A DNA stretch of 44,620 bases from a virus (taxonomy: Duplodnaviria; Caudoviricetes): positions 1 through 44,620 of IMG/VR virus record IMGVR_UViG_3300048598_000594. The stretch is one strand, 5' to 3'. How positions within the stretch are numbered: the stretch's first letter is position 1; each line of letters begins with the position of its first letter. Positions 1 through 8,254 of the stretch are shown one piece after another. The notes under the pieces are model-generated. The model made no database searches. It worked only from the letters and a program-made list of their open reading frames with translations, and was not told the DNA's origin. The translations under genes were made by a program, and so were the position numbers.

Positions 1-44
1 TCATAATCCGCGTGTCGGGGGTTCAAGTCCCTCTCCCGCTACCA
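1..44 (+). tRNA. 3' part of tRNA with CAT anticodon (probably elongator tRNA-Met), truncated by window edge; phage integration target
   Basis: TCATAA anticodon loop (CAT at 2-4), T-arm GGGGG-TTCAAGT-CCCTC, acceptor strand ending GCTACCA at 44. Confidence 0.85.
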
Positions 45-1614
45 CCTTACCCCCCCATGGTTTTTGGGTGGGGAAGTGGTCTCCACCGATCAATTTGGTC
101 AGGTGGCCTTCAACGGAAATCGCAGGGTTTTCGCCGGCAGGCGCTGGGTGCACCGTCACGGTCGCGATCAGCTCGCGCAGGGCCGCCTTCGATTCGGCGC
201 CAAAGGCCTCGCCGGCCTTGATCATCTGCTCCAGCGTCGCGACCGCCGCCAGGTAGTGATTCACCGCGGCCGGATGCAGCGTGACCAGCTTCGGCGGCTC
301 GTCCAGTTCCGCGAGCTCATCCTGAAGACGCTTCTTCTCCGCGCGCAGCCGCGGCAGTTCGCGGGCCGATTCCTCCTCGTCGATGATCCCGTCGATGTAC
401 CCGCGATAGGCGCGGTCATAGGACCGCTCGGCGGCTGCGAGCCGCTTCTCAGCCTGGGCTCGCTGATTGACGACGTCTGCCGCCAGCCGCAGGCGCTCGT
501 CGTTATAGGTTTTCACATAGAGGGCGATGGCGTCGCGCTCGCCCAGCCGCTCGCGCAGGCCTCCGACGACGGCGGCCTCGATATCCTCGAGGTAATAGGC
601 GCGCCCGTCGGGGCAGGTTCGCGCCTCGGTCGCCTGGGTGCAGCGGATCCGCGTGCGATCCTTGCGGCGATCCTTGACCGACATGCCGGCGCCGCAGGCG
701 CCGCAACGCAGCAGGCCGGACAGAAGGTGGCGCGGCGCCACGCGCTCGCGCGGTGAGCGCTCCTGCCGCTCGCCGCGGCGCGACTGCACCGCGTCATAGG
801 TCGCGCGGTCGACGATCGCGAGCTCCGGCGCGTCCTGTTCCTGCCAGTCTGCTTCGGCGTTCGCCCGCGAGACGCGCCGTCCGGTCGCCGGATCCTTGAC
901 CATCCGGACGCGGTTCCAGACGCGCTTGCCGGCATAGAGCGGATTTAGCAGCAGGCCGTGGCCGCGCTGGCGGTTGCCATTGATCGTGACCGCCGCCCAG
1001 AAGCGCCCGCGCGGCGGCGGGACGCCCTCCTGGTTGAGGCGCCCGGCGATGGCGCGGGGCGACTCCCCCGCGAGATATTCGGCGAAGATCCGGCGGATGA
1101 TGGTGGCTTCGGCCTCGACGATCGCGAGCTCGCCCGGCCGGCCCGGCACCGGGCTATAGCCATAGGCCCGGCCGCCGGCGCTGCGCCCATCCCTGACCAC
1201 GCCGGCGAGGCCGCGGCGGACCTTCTGCGCCAGCCCCTTCAGGAACAGCGCCGACATCGTGCCCTTGAGCCCGATATGCATCTCGCTGATCTCGCCGTCG
1301 GCGACGGTCATCAGCTTCACGCCGGCGAACTGCGCCGTCTCGTAGAGCCGGGCGATATCGGCGAGGTTGCGCGAGAGGCGGTCGAGATCCTCGGTCAGGA
1401 TCGCGTCGAACTGGCCGGCGAGTGCGAGACCGATCAGGCGCTGATAGTCCGGCCGGCCATGGATCGAGGCGCCTGAGGCGGCGCGATCGGCAAAGACGTC
1501 GGTGACGGTGAGGCCGAGGCGGCCGGCATGGGCGCGGCAAAGCTCGACCTGGTCCTCGACCGAGCGGTCACTTTGCAGGTCTGTCGAGAACCGAGCGTAG
1601 ATCGCCGCGCGCAT
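1..1614 (-). CDS. int: Large serine recombinase (phage integrase)
   Basis: YARFS catalytic motif, DLDRLSR, recombinase domain (GGRAYGY, NPLYAG), zinc ribbon LLSGLLRCGACG, coiled coil; last codons read antisense through the tRNA. Confidence 0.95.
   Translation of the reverse strand: MRAAIYARFSTDLQSDRSVEDQVELCRAHAGRLGLTVTDVFADRAASGASIHGRPDYQRLIGLALAGQFDAILTEDLDRLSRNLADIARLYETAQFAGVKLMTVADGEISEMHIGLKGTMSALFLKGLAQKVRRGLAGVVRDGRSAGGRAYGYSPVPGRPGELAIVEAEATIIRRIFAEYLAGESPRAIAGRLNQEGVPPPRGRFWAAVTINGNRQRGHGLLLNPLYAGKRVWNRVRMVKDPATGRRVSRANAEADWQEQDAPELAIVDRATYDAVQSRRGERQERSPRERVAPRHLLSGLLRCGACGAGMSVKDRRKDRTRIRCTQATEARTCPDGRAYYLEDIEAAVVGGLRERLGERDAIALYVKTYNDERLRLAADVVNQRAQAEKRLAAAERSYDRAYRGYIDGIIDEEESARELPRLRAEKKRLQDELAELDEPPKLVTLHPAAVNHYLAAVATLEQMIKAGEAFGAESKAALRELIATVTVHPAPAGENPAISVEGHLTKLIGGDHFPTQKPWGGKVVAGEGLEPPTRGL
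26..45 (+). repeat. att core, left copy (AGTCCCTCTCCCGCTACCAC)
   Basis: Identical to 42929-42948; equals the tRNA 3' end. Confidence 0.93.
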
Positions 1615-1753
1615 GCGCCTGCCCCTTCATCTGGGCGCCCTGCCCTGTCGCCGCCGCATGATCGCGGCGCGCCGCCTCGCGCGCAAGCGCCTCGATCAGC
1701 CGGGCAAGGCCGGGATCGAGCGTGCTCGCGGTCGTGGCGGCGGCGCGGGCCAT
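1568..1753 (-). CDS. Small helical protein overlapping integrase start (candidate directionality factor)
   Basis: ATG at 1753 coupled to upstream stop; 61 aa. Confidence 0.55.
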   Translation of the reverse strand: MARAAATTASTLDPGLARLIEALAREAARRDHAAATGQGAQMKGQAHARGDLRSVLDRPAK

Positions 1754-2175
1754 CAGTCGACCGCCTCGCAGACCGGCCGGTTCGCCAGCTCGAGCAGCAC
1801 GTCGGCGTGGCAGGGCGCGCCGGGCGCGCAGGCGCAGGCGAGGTTCTTGCCGGCAAGGCGATCCACGATCATCCGTTGTGTGGGCGGATACCACCGGCCG
1901 CCGGTTCCGGTCCCCGTGATCCAGGCGCGGTACCAATGGACTGAAAGTGTGGCCGGGTCCTTGATCGGAGCGACTTCGTCGGGATCGTCAGCGGGAGCTC
2001 GCCCCTTAAGGACGTAGTCCAGGTGCGCCTTCGCCTCGGCGACTGGGAAGGGATTGCCCCAGATGCCGGGCCGCGTCACCTTCACCGCCTGCAGGCCGTT
2101 GGTGGCGAGCGACAGCGCCTGAAGGTTGAAGCCCTTGCGGCGCGAGAGCTGGAGGCGGACGGGCGCAGTCTTCAT
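1753..2175 (-). CDS. DUF4326-like protein
   Basis: RPGIWGNPF and LAGKNLACAC..PCHADVLLELAN motifs. Confidence 0.85.
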   Translation of the reverse strand: MKTAPVRLQLSRRKGFNLQALSLATNGLQAVKVTRPGIWGNPFPVAEAKAHLDYVLKGRAPADDPDEVAPIKDPATLSVHWYRAWITGTGTGGRWYPPTQRMIVDRLAGKNLACACAPGAPCHADVLLELANRPVCEAVD

Positions 2176-2612
2176 TCCGCGGCCTCCCGCTCATTCGCCT
2201 CGGCGATCTGGTCGGCTGCTTCCTTCGCCCCGAAGCGGAATTCCTCGAACAGGGTGGTTGCGAAGTCGCGCAGGGGCGCGTCGTCCTTGAGGATGCTGGC
2301 GAGCGCGTACATCGAGACGGTGCCCATGGTGCGCGGCAGCAGCTGGATCAGCTTCACCGCGTCGCCGCCGGCCTCCGCTTCCTGTCGCAGGCTCTCGACG
2401 GCGGCGACCATCTGCGCGCGTAGCAGCCGGACAAAAAGCTGCTCCTGCTCGGTGCCGGCTTTCAGCATGGCGTAGTCGAGCGCGAACATGCGCTCGACCC
2501 AATCCACGAAGCCCTCGCCGCGCCCTTCACCAAGATGCTCGTCGAGCGAGGGCAGCTTGCGATTCATCGCACGGTCGAGGCCGGCGGCATTCTTGCGGCG
2601 TGCCTCACCCAT
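2172..2612 (-). CDS. Hypothetical phage protein (MGEARRK start)
   Basis: Overlapping start/stop with neighbours in the leftward operon. Confidence 0.7.
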   Translation of the reverse strand: MGEARRKNAAGLDRAMNRKLPSLDEHLGEGRGEGFVDWVERMFALDYAMLKAGTEQEQLFVRLLRAQMVAAVESLRQEAEAGGDAVKLIQLLPRTMGTVSMYALASILKDDAPLRDFATTLFEEFRFGAKEAADQIAEANEREAAE

Positions 2613-2997
2613 GGCGAACCCCGCTAGCGCTCGACACGATCGCGACCCGGCTGCGACACTCGGCAATCCGAGCCAGGCGCAGCGTGCCGGCGGCGACCCT
2701 TTCAGGCTGGGCGCTGTAGATCTCGGCGCGCGCCAGAAATTCCAGCGGCCCGAACCTGTCGGTCAGGATCGCGCCGGCGGCGATGGCCCTGGCCTTGCAG
2801 CCGAGCGAGATGTCGAAATGCACCCAGGACGCATCGCGGTGCCTGCCGTGGCTCAGCGTCGGATGGCCCTGAATCCATTTCCGCGCGACGCCGATCCGGT
2901 CGGCCATGGCGAGCAGCTCAGCGAGCGTGTCGGCCCACATATGACACATGACCATGCGGCCGAACTGGTGGCGGACGTCGTCGACATAGACGCTCAT
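2605..2997 (-). CDS. DUF4031-like protein
   Basis: MSVYVDD..MCHMWADTLAEL..HFDI..KARAIAAGA pattern. Confidence 0.85.
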   Translation of the reverse strand: MSVYVDDVRHQFGRMVMCHMWADTLAELLAMADRIGVARKWIQGHPTLSHGRHRDASWVHFDISLGCKARAIAAGAILTDRFGPLEFLARAEIYSAQPERVAAGTLRLARIAECRSRVAIVSSASGVRHG

Positions 2998-4073
2998 TGG
3001 CGCACCTCCGGCATGGCATTGTGCGTGGCGCCGTCGAGCAGGCGGCCGGCGCGAGATTTGCCCACACGGCGCAAGACCGTCGCTGAGCAATGCGGGCCGT
3101 GTCCTGCATGCCAGACGCGCTCGCCGACCTGCCGTCTGTCCGAGGAGGATGTGACCGTGTACTTCTCAAGCGAGCCTGCATTGCCGGGAGCTGTGTATGC
3201 GGTGATCGCGCCCCACTCGCCCCATTGCTTGAAAAAGAACGCAGTGCCGGCGGCGGCGCACTGGTCGCGGATCTGGCGCGCCCAGTCGGGATGCATCGGC
3301 CGGGCGTCCGGCCCGCTTTCGCCGCCGACGATGATCCAGTCGAGTTTCGGGTCGGGGTTGTCGATGACGCCCGGCACGGCGCCCTCGCAATCGCTGTGCA
3401 GGCCTGTCAGCGCGTCGAGCGGCAGGAGGCTGTCGGCGCGCAGATAGGTGAAATCGATCGGCCCGAGCAGGGGCTCGGCGCTGACGAAGCGGATGGCTGC
3501 CGGCGTCGCGAGCAGATCGGGAATGCGCTCGTCGGCGCGGCGCTGATCCTCGGCCGAGACGCCTTTCCAGACGTTCGGGAGGGGCCACCGAAACACCCAC
3601 TTCGGCGAGAAGGGCGTGCCCTGGCTGGGGCGGATCCTCTCGGCCGCAAGCTCGATTTCATTGAGCCGAAGCGGGTTCGAGAGATACTCCCGCATCCGAT
3701 CCGCGCGCTTCGTCAGGACCTGAAAGGTGTGCTGCGGCGCCAGCGCCATCACGGCGAAGACTCGGTCGATCCATGCGTCGGGCACGTCCTCGTGGAAGAG
3801 GTCGCCCATCGAATTGACGAACCAGGTGGTCGGCTTGCGGCGGCGCAGGGGCTCCAGCAGCACATGCTCCGGCGCCAGCGCCATCCTGCCGGTCCAGACC
3901 GGGCCGGCCTTGCTCGCCCTGGTCAGTCCGGCATAGTGCGGGGCACCACCCATCCGCTCGATGCGAGCGGCCTGCCGCATGGCGTAGCAGTTGGTGCAGC
4001 CGGGCGAGACGACAGAGCAGCCGACCACGGGGTTCCAGCTGTGCTGCGTCCATTCGATGGCGGTCTCACCCAT
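2994..4073 (-). CDS. Phage Gp37/Gp68 (DUF5131) family protein
   Basis: IEWT..WNPVVGC..SPGCTNCYA, FVNSMGDLFH, QVLTKR, SAEPLLG, WIIVGGESG, FFFKQWG. Confidence 0.92.
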   Translation of the reverse strand: MGETAIEWTQHSWNPVVGCSVVSPGCTNCYAMRQAARIERMGGAPHYAGLTRASKAGPVWTGRMALAPEHVLLEPLRRRKPTTWFVNSMGDLFHEDVPDAWIDRVFAVMALAPQHTFQVLTKRADRMREYLSNPLRLNEIELAAERIRPSQGTPFSPKWVFRWPLPNVWKGVSAEDQRRADERIPDLLATPAAIRFVSAEPLLGPIDFTYLRADSLLPLDALTGLHSDCEGAVPGVIDNPDPKLDWIIVGGESGPDARPMHPDWARQIRDQCAAAGTAFFFKQWGEWGAITAYTAPGNAGSLEKYTVTSSSDRRQVGERVWHAGHGPHCSATVLRRVGKSRAGRLLDGATHNAMPEVRQ

Positions 4074-4287
4074 GGCGCACCTCCGGGTGACCGTTGAGCG
4101 CCGCGGCGCAGGCCTCGGCAACGTCGCGCGGCACGAACAGCGCGAGCGGGGCTTCGTGCCAGTGCAGGCAGTTCACGCCATCGGCGCCGTGGACAAACCA
4201 GTACGGCCAGTCATCCGTCCTGTCGGAAGCCGAGCGCGCGACATAGGGGCCGGGGCGCGTGGCATGGAAGGCGGCAGCTTCAGCCAT
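4066..4287 (-). CDS. Hypothetical protein (73 aa)
   Basis: ATG at 4287 with upstream GGAGG; overlaps neighbours. Confidence 0.6.
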   Translation of the reverse strand: MAEAAAFHATRPGPYVARSASDRTDDWPYWFVHGADGVNCLHWHEAPLALFVPRDVAEACAAALNGHPEVRHG

Positions 4288-4462
4288 TGGGCGGCACCTC
4301 CGTGACGTCGCCGTATTCGCGGGCGTGAGGATCGCGAGGGGGCTCGCGGCGGGCGCGGTCCAGCAGCCGGGCAAGGCCGTAGCCGATGCCGCAGGCGAGC
4401 AGGAGGAAGGCGCCAAGCGCCGGATCGAGCGGCGGAACGATGGCGTCGAGCGCGGCGATCAT
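4280..4462 (-). CDS. Small membrane protein
   Basis: One hydrophobic helix ALGAFLLLACGIGYGLA; ATGA coupling. Confidence 0.6.
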   Translation of the reverse strand: MIAALDAIVPPLDPALGAFLLLACGIGYGLARLLDRARREPPRDPHAREYGDVTEVPPNG

Positions 4463-4755
4463 GTCGCCCTCGCGCGCCGGAGCGAGGCTTCGAGATCGAA
4501 GCCGGGTGCGGGTTGCCGGCCGGCGGCGTCGGCCAGCTCGACATGCCCGACGATCAGGCCCTGGTGCTCGCCGGCGAGGCGGCGGCAGACCGGCGTGGCG
4601 GCCGGGCCGAAACCTTCCCAGCCGAGCGCCTGCCAGCCGTGGAATTCATGCCAGCGCAGCAGATAGAGCGTGCCGTGCCGGTCGGCGCCGAGAAAGGCGC
4701 GCGGCGAGCCGGCCGGCGGCTGGCCGGGGATGAGGTCGACATGAAGCGGCCTCAT
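4459..4755 (-). CDS. Hypothetical protein
   Basis: ATG at 4755 coupled to upstream stop; fills operon. Confidence 0.6.
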   Translation of the reverse strand: MRPLHVDLIPGQPPAGSPRAFLGADRHGTLYLLRWHEFHGWQALGWEGFGPAATPVCRRLAGEHQGLIVGHVELADAAGRQPAPGFDLEASLRRARAT

Positions 4756-5276
4756 GCCTCTACCCCTTCCGCGACCATCTGCGCATAGCGCTCCGGATCG
4801 GCGACCTGCCAATCGACCAGCTTCATGCAGCCTTCGCAGACAGCTTCATCGCCGACAGCGTGGCCGGTATTCTGCGGGTCGGTCTCCTCACTGCAGCGGC
4901 TGCATGTGTAGCCGAGGCCGGCACGCATCCAGTCGCCGGGCGTCGGCTTGGCGATGTCGTCGAACTGGTCCGCACGGCTGGCGCGAGTCTCCCAGGCGCA
5001 GGCCACGCATTCACACGGGCTGGCGGGGTTGCCGTGCTCATCCTCCTCGTAATCATGCTGGCAGTTGTCGGCGCACCAGAGCTCGATGGCCTTCTCGCTG
5101 GTGCTGGCCCGGACGATCTCCCAGTTGTATTCGCCGGGCGTGCCGACCACCCAGGCCGGCAGCGGCGGCGCAGCAGCAGGCGCCGCGACTTCGGCGGCGA
5201 GCGCGGGCACGGCCGGAATGGCGGCGGCTGCGGTGGTGACCGCCGCGGCGGCCAGCAGGAAGCGGCGCGTCATCAT
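4752..5276 (-). CDS. Cys-rich protein with twin-arginine-like N-terminal leader
   Basis: TRRFLL + Ala-rich hydrophobic stretch + ALA; CxCxxC and two CxxC motifs. Confidence 0.7.
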   Translation of the reverse strand: MMTRRFLLAAAAVTTAAAAIPAVPALAAEVAAPAAAPPLPAWVVGTPGEYNWEIVRASTSEKAIELWCADNCQHDYEEDEHGNPASPCECVACAWETRASRADQFDDIAKPTPGDWMRAGLGYTCSRCSEETDPQNTGHAVGDEAVCEGCMKLVDWQVADPERYAQMVAEGVEA

Positions 5277-5569
5277 GGCTGGGCTCCTTGGCTGAGCCTT
5301 TCCAGCGCCGCAGTGTCGATGCGGTAGCGGTTCGGCGAGCCGACCGGCTGCTTCTCGGGGCGCTTGATCACGATGATTCCGGCGTCGACGAGGGCGAGCA
5401 GCGCCGTCTCAGCTTCCGGAATAGTCTGGCCGGACTGCGAAGCGACCAGCGCGATGGTCGGCCACGCGACACCGTCAATGTCCGCGCAGTCGGCCAGGCT
5501 CAGCAGGGTGAGCTTCTGCGCCGTGGGGAGTTGTGCCCCCATCGCCTTGGCAAACAGAACGAGGCTCAC
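5273..5569 (-). CDS. Stand-alone winged-helix protein resembling replication-initiator N-terminal domain
   Basis: [38 protein letters not shown] aligns by eye with N-terminus of 15334..16533. Confidence 0.75.
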   Translation of the reverse strand: MSLVLFAKAMGAQLPTAQKLTLLSLADCADIDGVAWPTIALVASQSGQTIPEAETALLALVDAGIIVIKRPEKQPVGSPNRYRIDTAALERLSQGAQP

Positions 5570-5835
5570 GGCGTCTCTCCCACAGCCTGCAAATAGAGAT
5601 CGAGGATCGCGTCTTCCTCCTTGCGCTCGTCGAGGTCGCGCTTTCGCAGCGCGATGACCTTGCGCAGGATCTTGACGTCGTAGCCGTTGGCCTTCGCCTC
5701 GCTGTAGACCTCCTTGATGTCGTCGGAGATCGTCTTCTTCTCCTCCTCCAGCCGCTCGATGCGCTGGACGATGGAAAGCAGCTGATCGCCCTGGATCGGG
5801 TCGTCGCCGCCGGTGTCATTCTGTGGATAGGCCAT
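5566..5835 (-). CDS. gapR: GapR/DUF2312 nucleoid-associated protein homolog
   Basis: [44 protein letters not shown] signature. Confidence 0.92.
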   Translation of the reverse strand: MAYPQNDTGGDDPIQGDQLLSIVQRIERLEEEKKTISDDIKEVYSEAKANGYDVKILRKVIALRKRDLDERKEEDAILDLYLQAVGETP

Positions 5836-5838
5836 GGC

Positions 5839-6420
5839 TCAGCGCCTCCGCTCGGTCAGCAGGGCGCGCATGGCGTCACGGTGGCCGCCGAGGCCGCCCG
5901 CGAGACGCGTCAGCTCGGCGATGCGGGCGGTGGTGCGCTCATTGTCGCGGATGGCGAGACTGATCTCGTCGCGCGCCTGCTGGATGCGCGGGCCGATGCG
6001 GGCGGCGACGGTGGAGAGCGCGGCCAGCTCCTCGCTGATCGCCGCCAAGGCCTCGTCGAAGCGCTCGATCGCCGCCTGGGCCGGCAGCGGCACGCGCGGG
6101 ACGCCGACATGCAGGCCGCCGATTTTGGCATAGGCCTCCTCGCCGGCGGCAGTGAGCAGGGCGCACCAGCGCGTCAGGCTGGCGCCCTCATAGCTGGTGA
6201 CCTGGCAGAAGCCGCGCCGCTCCAGCGCGACGATGGTCTGATCGGCGACGGCGGCCTCGTCCTTCTCGCGGCTGCGCCAGGTGCCGACCTGCGCCGTCGG
6301 CTTGCGCGGACCGCTCATGAAGAGCGGGCCGAAATGCAGCCAGCCGAGCGCCAGGCGCATCGGCAGCGATGGCCGCTCAGCCGCGGCAGCGGCCGGCGCC
6401 AGAGCGACCACGGCGCCCAT
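5839..6420 (-). CDS. Hypothetical protein (possible wHTH plus coiled coil)
   Basis: TIVALERRGFC..LTAAG then heptad-rich C-terminus; operon coupling. Confidence 0.65.
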   Translation of the reverse strand: MGAVVALAPAAAAAERPSLPMRLALGWLHFGPLFMSGPRKPTAQVGTWRSREKDEAAVADQTIVALERRGFCQVTSYEGASLTRWCALLTAAGEEAYAKIGGLHVGVPRVPLPAQAAIERFDEALAAISEELAALSTVAARIGPRIQQARDEISLAIRDNERTTARIAELTRLAGGLGGHRDAMRALLTERRR

Positions 6421-6623
6421 CAGTGACGGGCCTTGCCGTTGCGACGGGCGAGCTGCTTCGCCGTTTCGAAGTGGCGGTCGATCTGATCGTCGGTGAAATC
6501 GAGCAGCAGATCGTCACGCGTCACGCCGCCGGCGGACGCCGTGTGGCGGGTGATGAAATCGGCCATCCGTGCGGCGACAGAGCGCTCGGCGGGGCGGGAG
6601 GCGGTGGCGGGAACTGCAGACAC
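6420..6623 (-). CDS. First gene of leftward early operon, hypothetical
   Basis: GTG start with upstream GGAG; TGATG coupling to next gene. Confidence 0.6.
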   Translation of the reverse strand: MSAVPATASRPAERSVAARMADFITRHTASAGGVTRDDLLLDFTDDQIDRHFETAKQLARRNGKARH

Positions 6624-6656
6624 AGGCGTGCTCCATCGGGTTGCGATGGCGCATCA

Positions 6657-6725
6657 TTGCCATATGGCAAATTCACCTGTCAATTGTTTTTGCCAAACGG
6701 CAAATCAGACTGTGCCGAACGGCAA
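6657..6725. promoter_or_regulatory. OL-type operators and leftward promoter
   Basis: TTGCCATATGGCAA 6657-6670, TTGCCAAACGGCAA 6690-6703, GTGCCGAACGGCAA 6712-6725; minus-strand TTGACA at 6678-6683. Confidence 0.8.
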
Positions 6726-6730
6726 TCTCG

Positions 6731-7384
6731 CTAGAGAGCTTCGCGCACCTTTCTTTGAATGCCGCGCCTCGCGTGATCCTTGATCCGGCGAACCTGGGCG
6801 GCGCGCACCACGGTGATAACCTCGCTGACCCATGTCACGCGCACGTCGCGCATCACCGGCGCGTTATGGCTCTCCAGATTGAAGAGCCCCCGCCGCGACC
6901 CTTCGATGACCCGCTTCAGGTAGCGCTTGCCCTCGTCGGTCGCGACGGCAGCCTCGAAGCCGATGACGCCCGAAACATCGCTGCCGTGCATCGAAACGAT
7001 GACAACGTCGCCATGGTCGTAGCGCGGCCACATGCTTTCGCCGTGGATCTCAAGCGCCAGCGCATCGGCCGGGAGCGCGAATGGCGGCTCGATCTCGAAA
7101 AGCGGATGCGCCAGGTCGAATTGCTCTGTCGACGTATCGATCGAGCCGCCGGCTCCGATCCTGCCTACTACGGGGACCGGGGCCGGCTCCTCGTCCTCGC
7201 CAATCAGCACGGCGACAGGCACGCCGAGGCGGTGCGAAATCTTGATGATCTCGTCGAGCCGCGGCTCGCGCTCGTCGCGCTCGATTCGTGAAACCTGCGA
7301 AACCGAGATGCCAACCGCCTCGGCCAGCTGCTCCTGGCTGACCTCGGCCTGCTCACGAAATTCTCTGATGCGTGTCCTTGCCAT
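6731..7384 (-). CDS. cI: CI-like repressor, XRE HTH plus S24 autopeptidase
   Basis: HTH SQEQLAEAVGISVSQVSRIERDEREP; VGRIGAG cleavage region; GESMWP Ser and LKRV Lys. Confidence 0.92.
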   Translation of the reverse strand: MARTRIREFREQAEVSQEQLAEAVGISVSQVSRIERDEREPRLDEIIKISHRLGVPVAVLIGEDEEPAPVPVVGRIGAGGSIDTSTEQFDLAHPLFEIEPPFALPADALALEIHGESMWPRYDHGDVVIVSMHGSDVSGVIGFEAAVATDEGKRYLKRVIEGSRRGLFNLESHNAPVMRDVRVTWVSEVITVVRAAQVRRIKDHARRGIQRKVREAL

Positions 7385-7470
7385 ATGGCGAGGATCACTG
7401 GCCGACGCGTCGGCAACCAGAGCCAATTGGCAAATCTGATTGACGTTAGATTTGCCATATGGCAAGTCAA
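7378..7470. promoter_or_regulatory. OR-type operators and divergent promoters
   Basis: TTGCCATATGGCGA 7378-7391, GAGCCAATTGGCAA 7420-7433, TTGCCATATGGCAA 7452-7465; TTGACG at 7440-7445. Confidence 0.8.
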
Positions 7471-7475
7471 CGAAC

Positions 7476-7784
7476 ATGAACCTCGCGTCCTACCTCGCAA
7501 AGAACAATCTCAAGCCGACGACGCTAGCCGCTCGCGCTGGCGTTCCTGCGTCGACGATCACGCGCATTCTCAGCGGCGCTCGCCGCCCCCTCTTCGACAC
7601 TGTCGTCAAGATCTCGGAGGCGACGGGCGGCGAGGTGGCGCTGAACGACTTCGTTCAGGTCGCCGATCCCGCCGAGGTCTCCTCTTCCGACCAGCCTGGA
7701 GCCGACCGCCCCGCTTCTAGCAGCGGCGATGGTCCTCGCCCGCATGGAAACGTTGCCGCTCATTCCACCGGAGGGCCGCGATGA
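7476..7784 (+). CDS. cro: Cro-like HTH regulator
   Basis: LAARAGVPASTITRILSGARRP..KISEATGGEV; divergent from cI. Confidence 0.85.
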   Translation: MNLASYLAKNNLKPTTLAARAGVPASTITRILSGARRPLFDTVVKISEATGGEVALNDFVQVADPAEVSSSDQPGADRPASSSGDGPRPHGNVAAHSTGGPR

Positions 7785-8254
7785 GCCGCGCGCGCGATGC
7801 CGATTTCTACCAGATCAAGGGCGGGTTCCGGGACCTGTTCGAGCGCTGCGGCAAGCTCGCCCGCTCCGGCCGCCTCGTCGGCCTGTCGACGGCGATGATG
7901 GGCAAGGTCAATGACCGCGAGGACGCCGCCTTCCTCTCGATCGACGCGACGCTGAAGCTCGAACGCGACTGCGGCCAGCCGATCGTCACCCGGATCATGG
8001 CCGAGCTGCTCGGCTACCGGCTGGAGCGGATCGAGCCGGCGCCGGTCGAGGCCGAGGGCTGCCCGCTGAGCGCCCATGCCGCCGTCATGCAGGAGGTCGG
8101 CGATGTCTGCCGCGCCTTCGCGCAGGGCCAGGCGGACGGCCGCTATTCGCGCGCCGACGCGATCAGCGTCAGCCGCGAGCTGGCGGAGCTCCGCCGCACG
8201 ATCGAGCGCTTCGAGCGTGTCAACGCCAAGACGATGGCCGGAGGGGCCGAGTGA
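7781..8254 (+). CDS. CII-like phage regulatory protein
   Basis: Position after cro; LERDCGQPIVTRIMA..AQGQADGRYS..RELAEL pattern. Confidence 0.65.
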   Translation: MSRARDADFYQIKGGFRDLFERCGKLARSGRLVGLSTAMMGKVNDREDAAFLSIDATLKLERDCGQPIVTRIMAELLGYRLERIEPAPVEAEGCPLSAHAAVMQEVGDVCRAFAQGQADGRYSRADAISVSRELAELRRTIERFERVNAKTMAGGAE

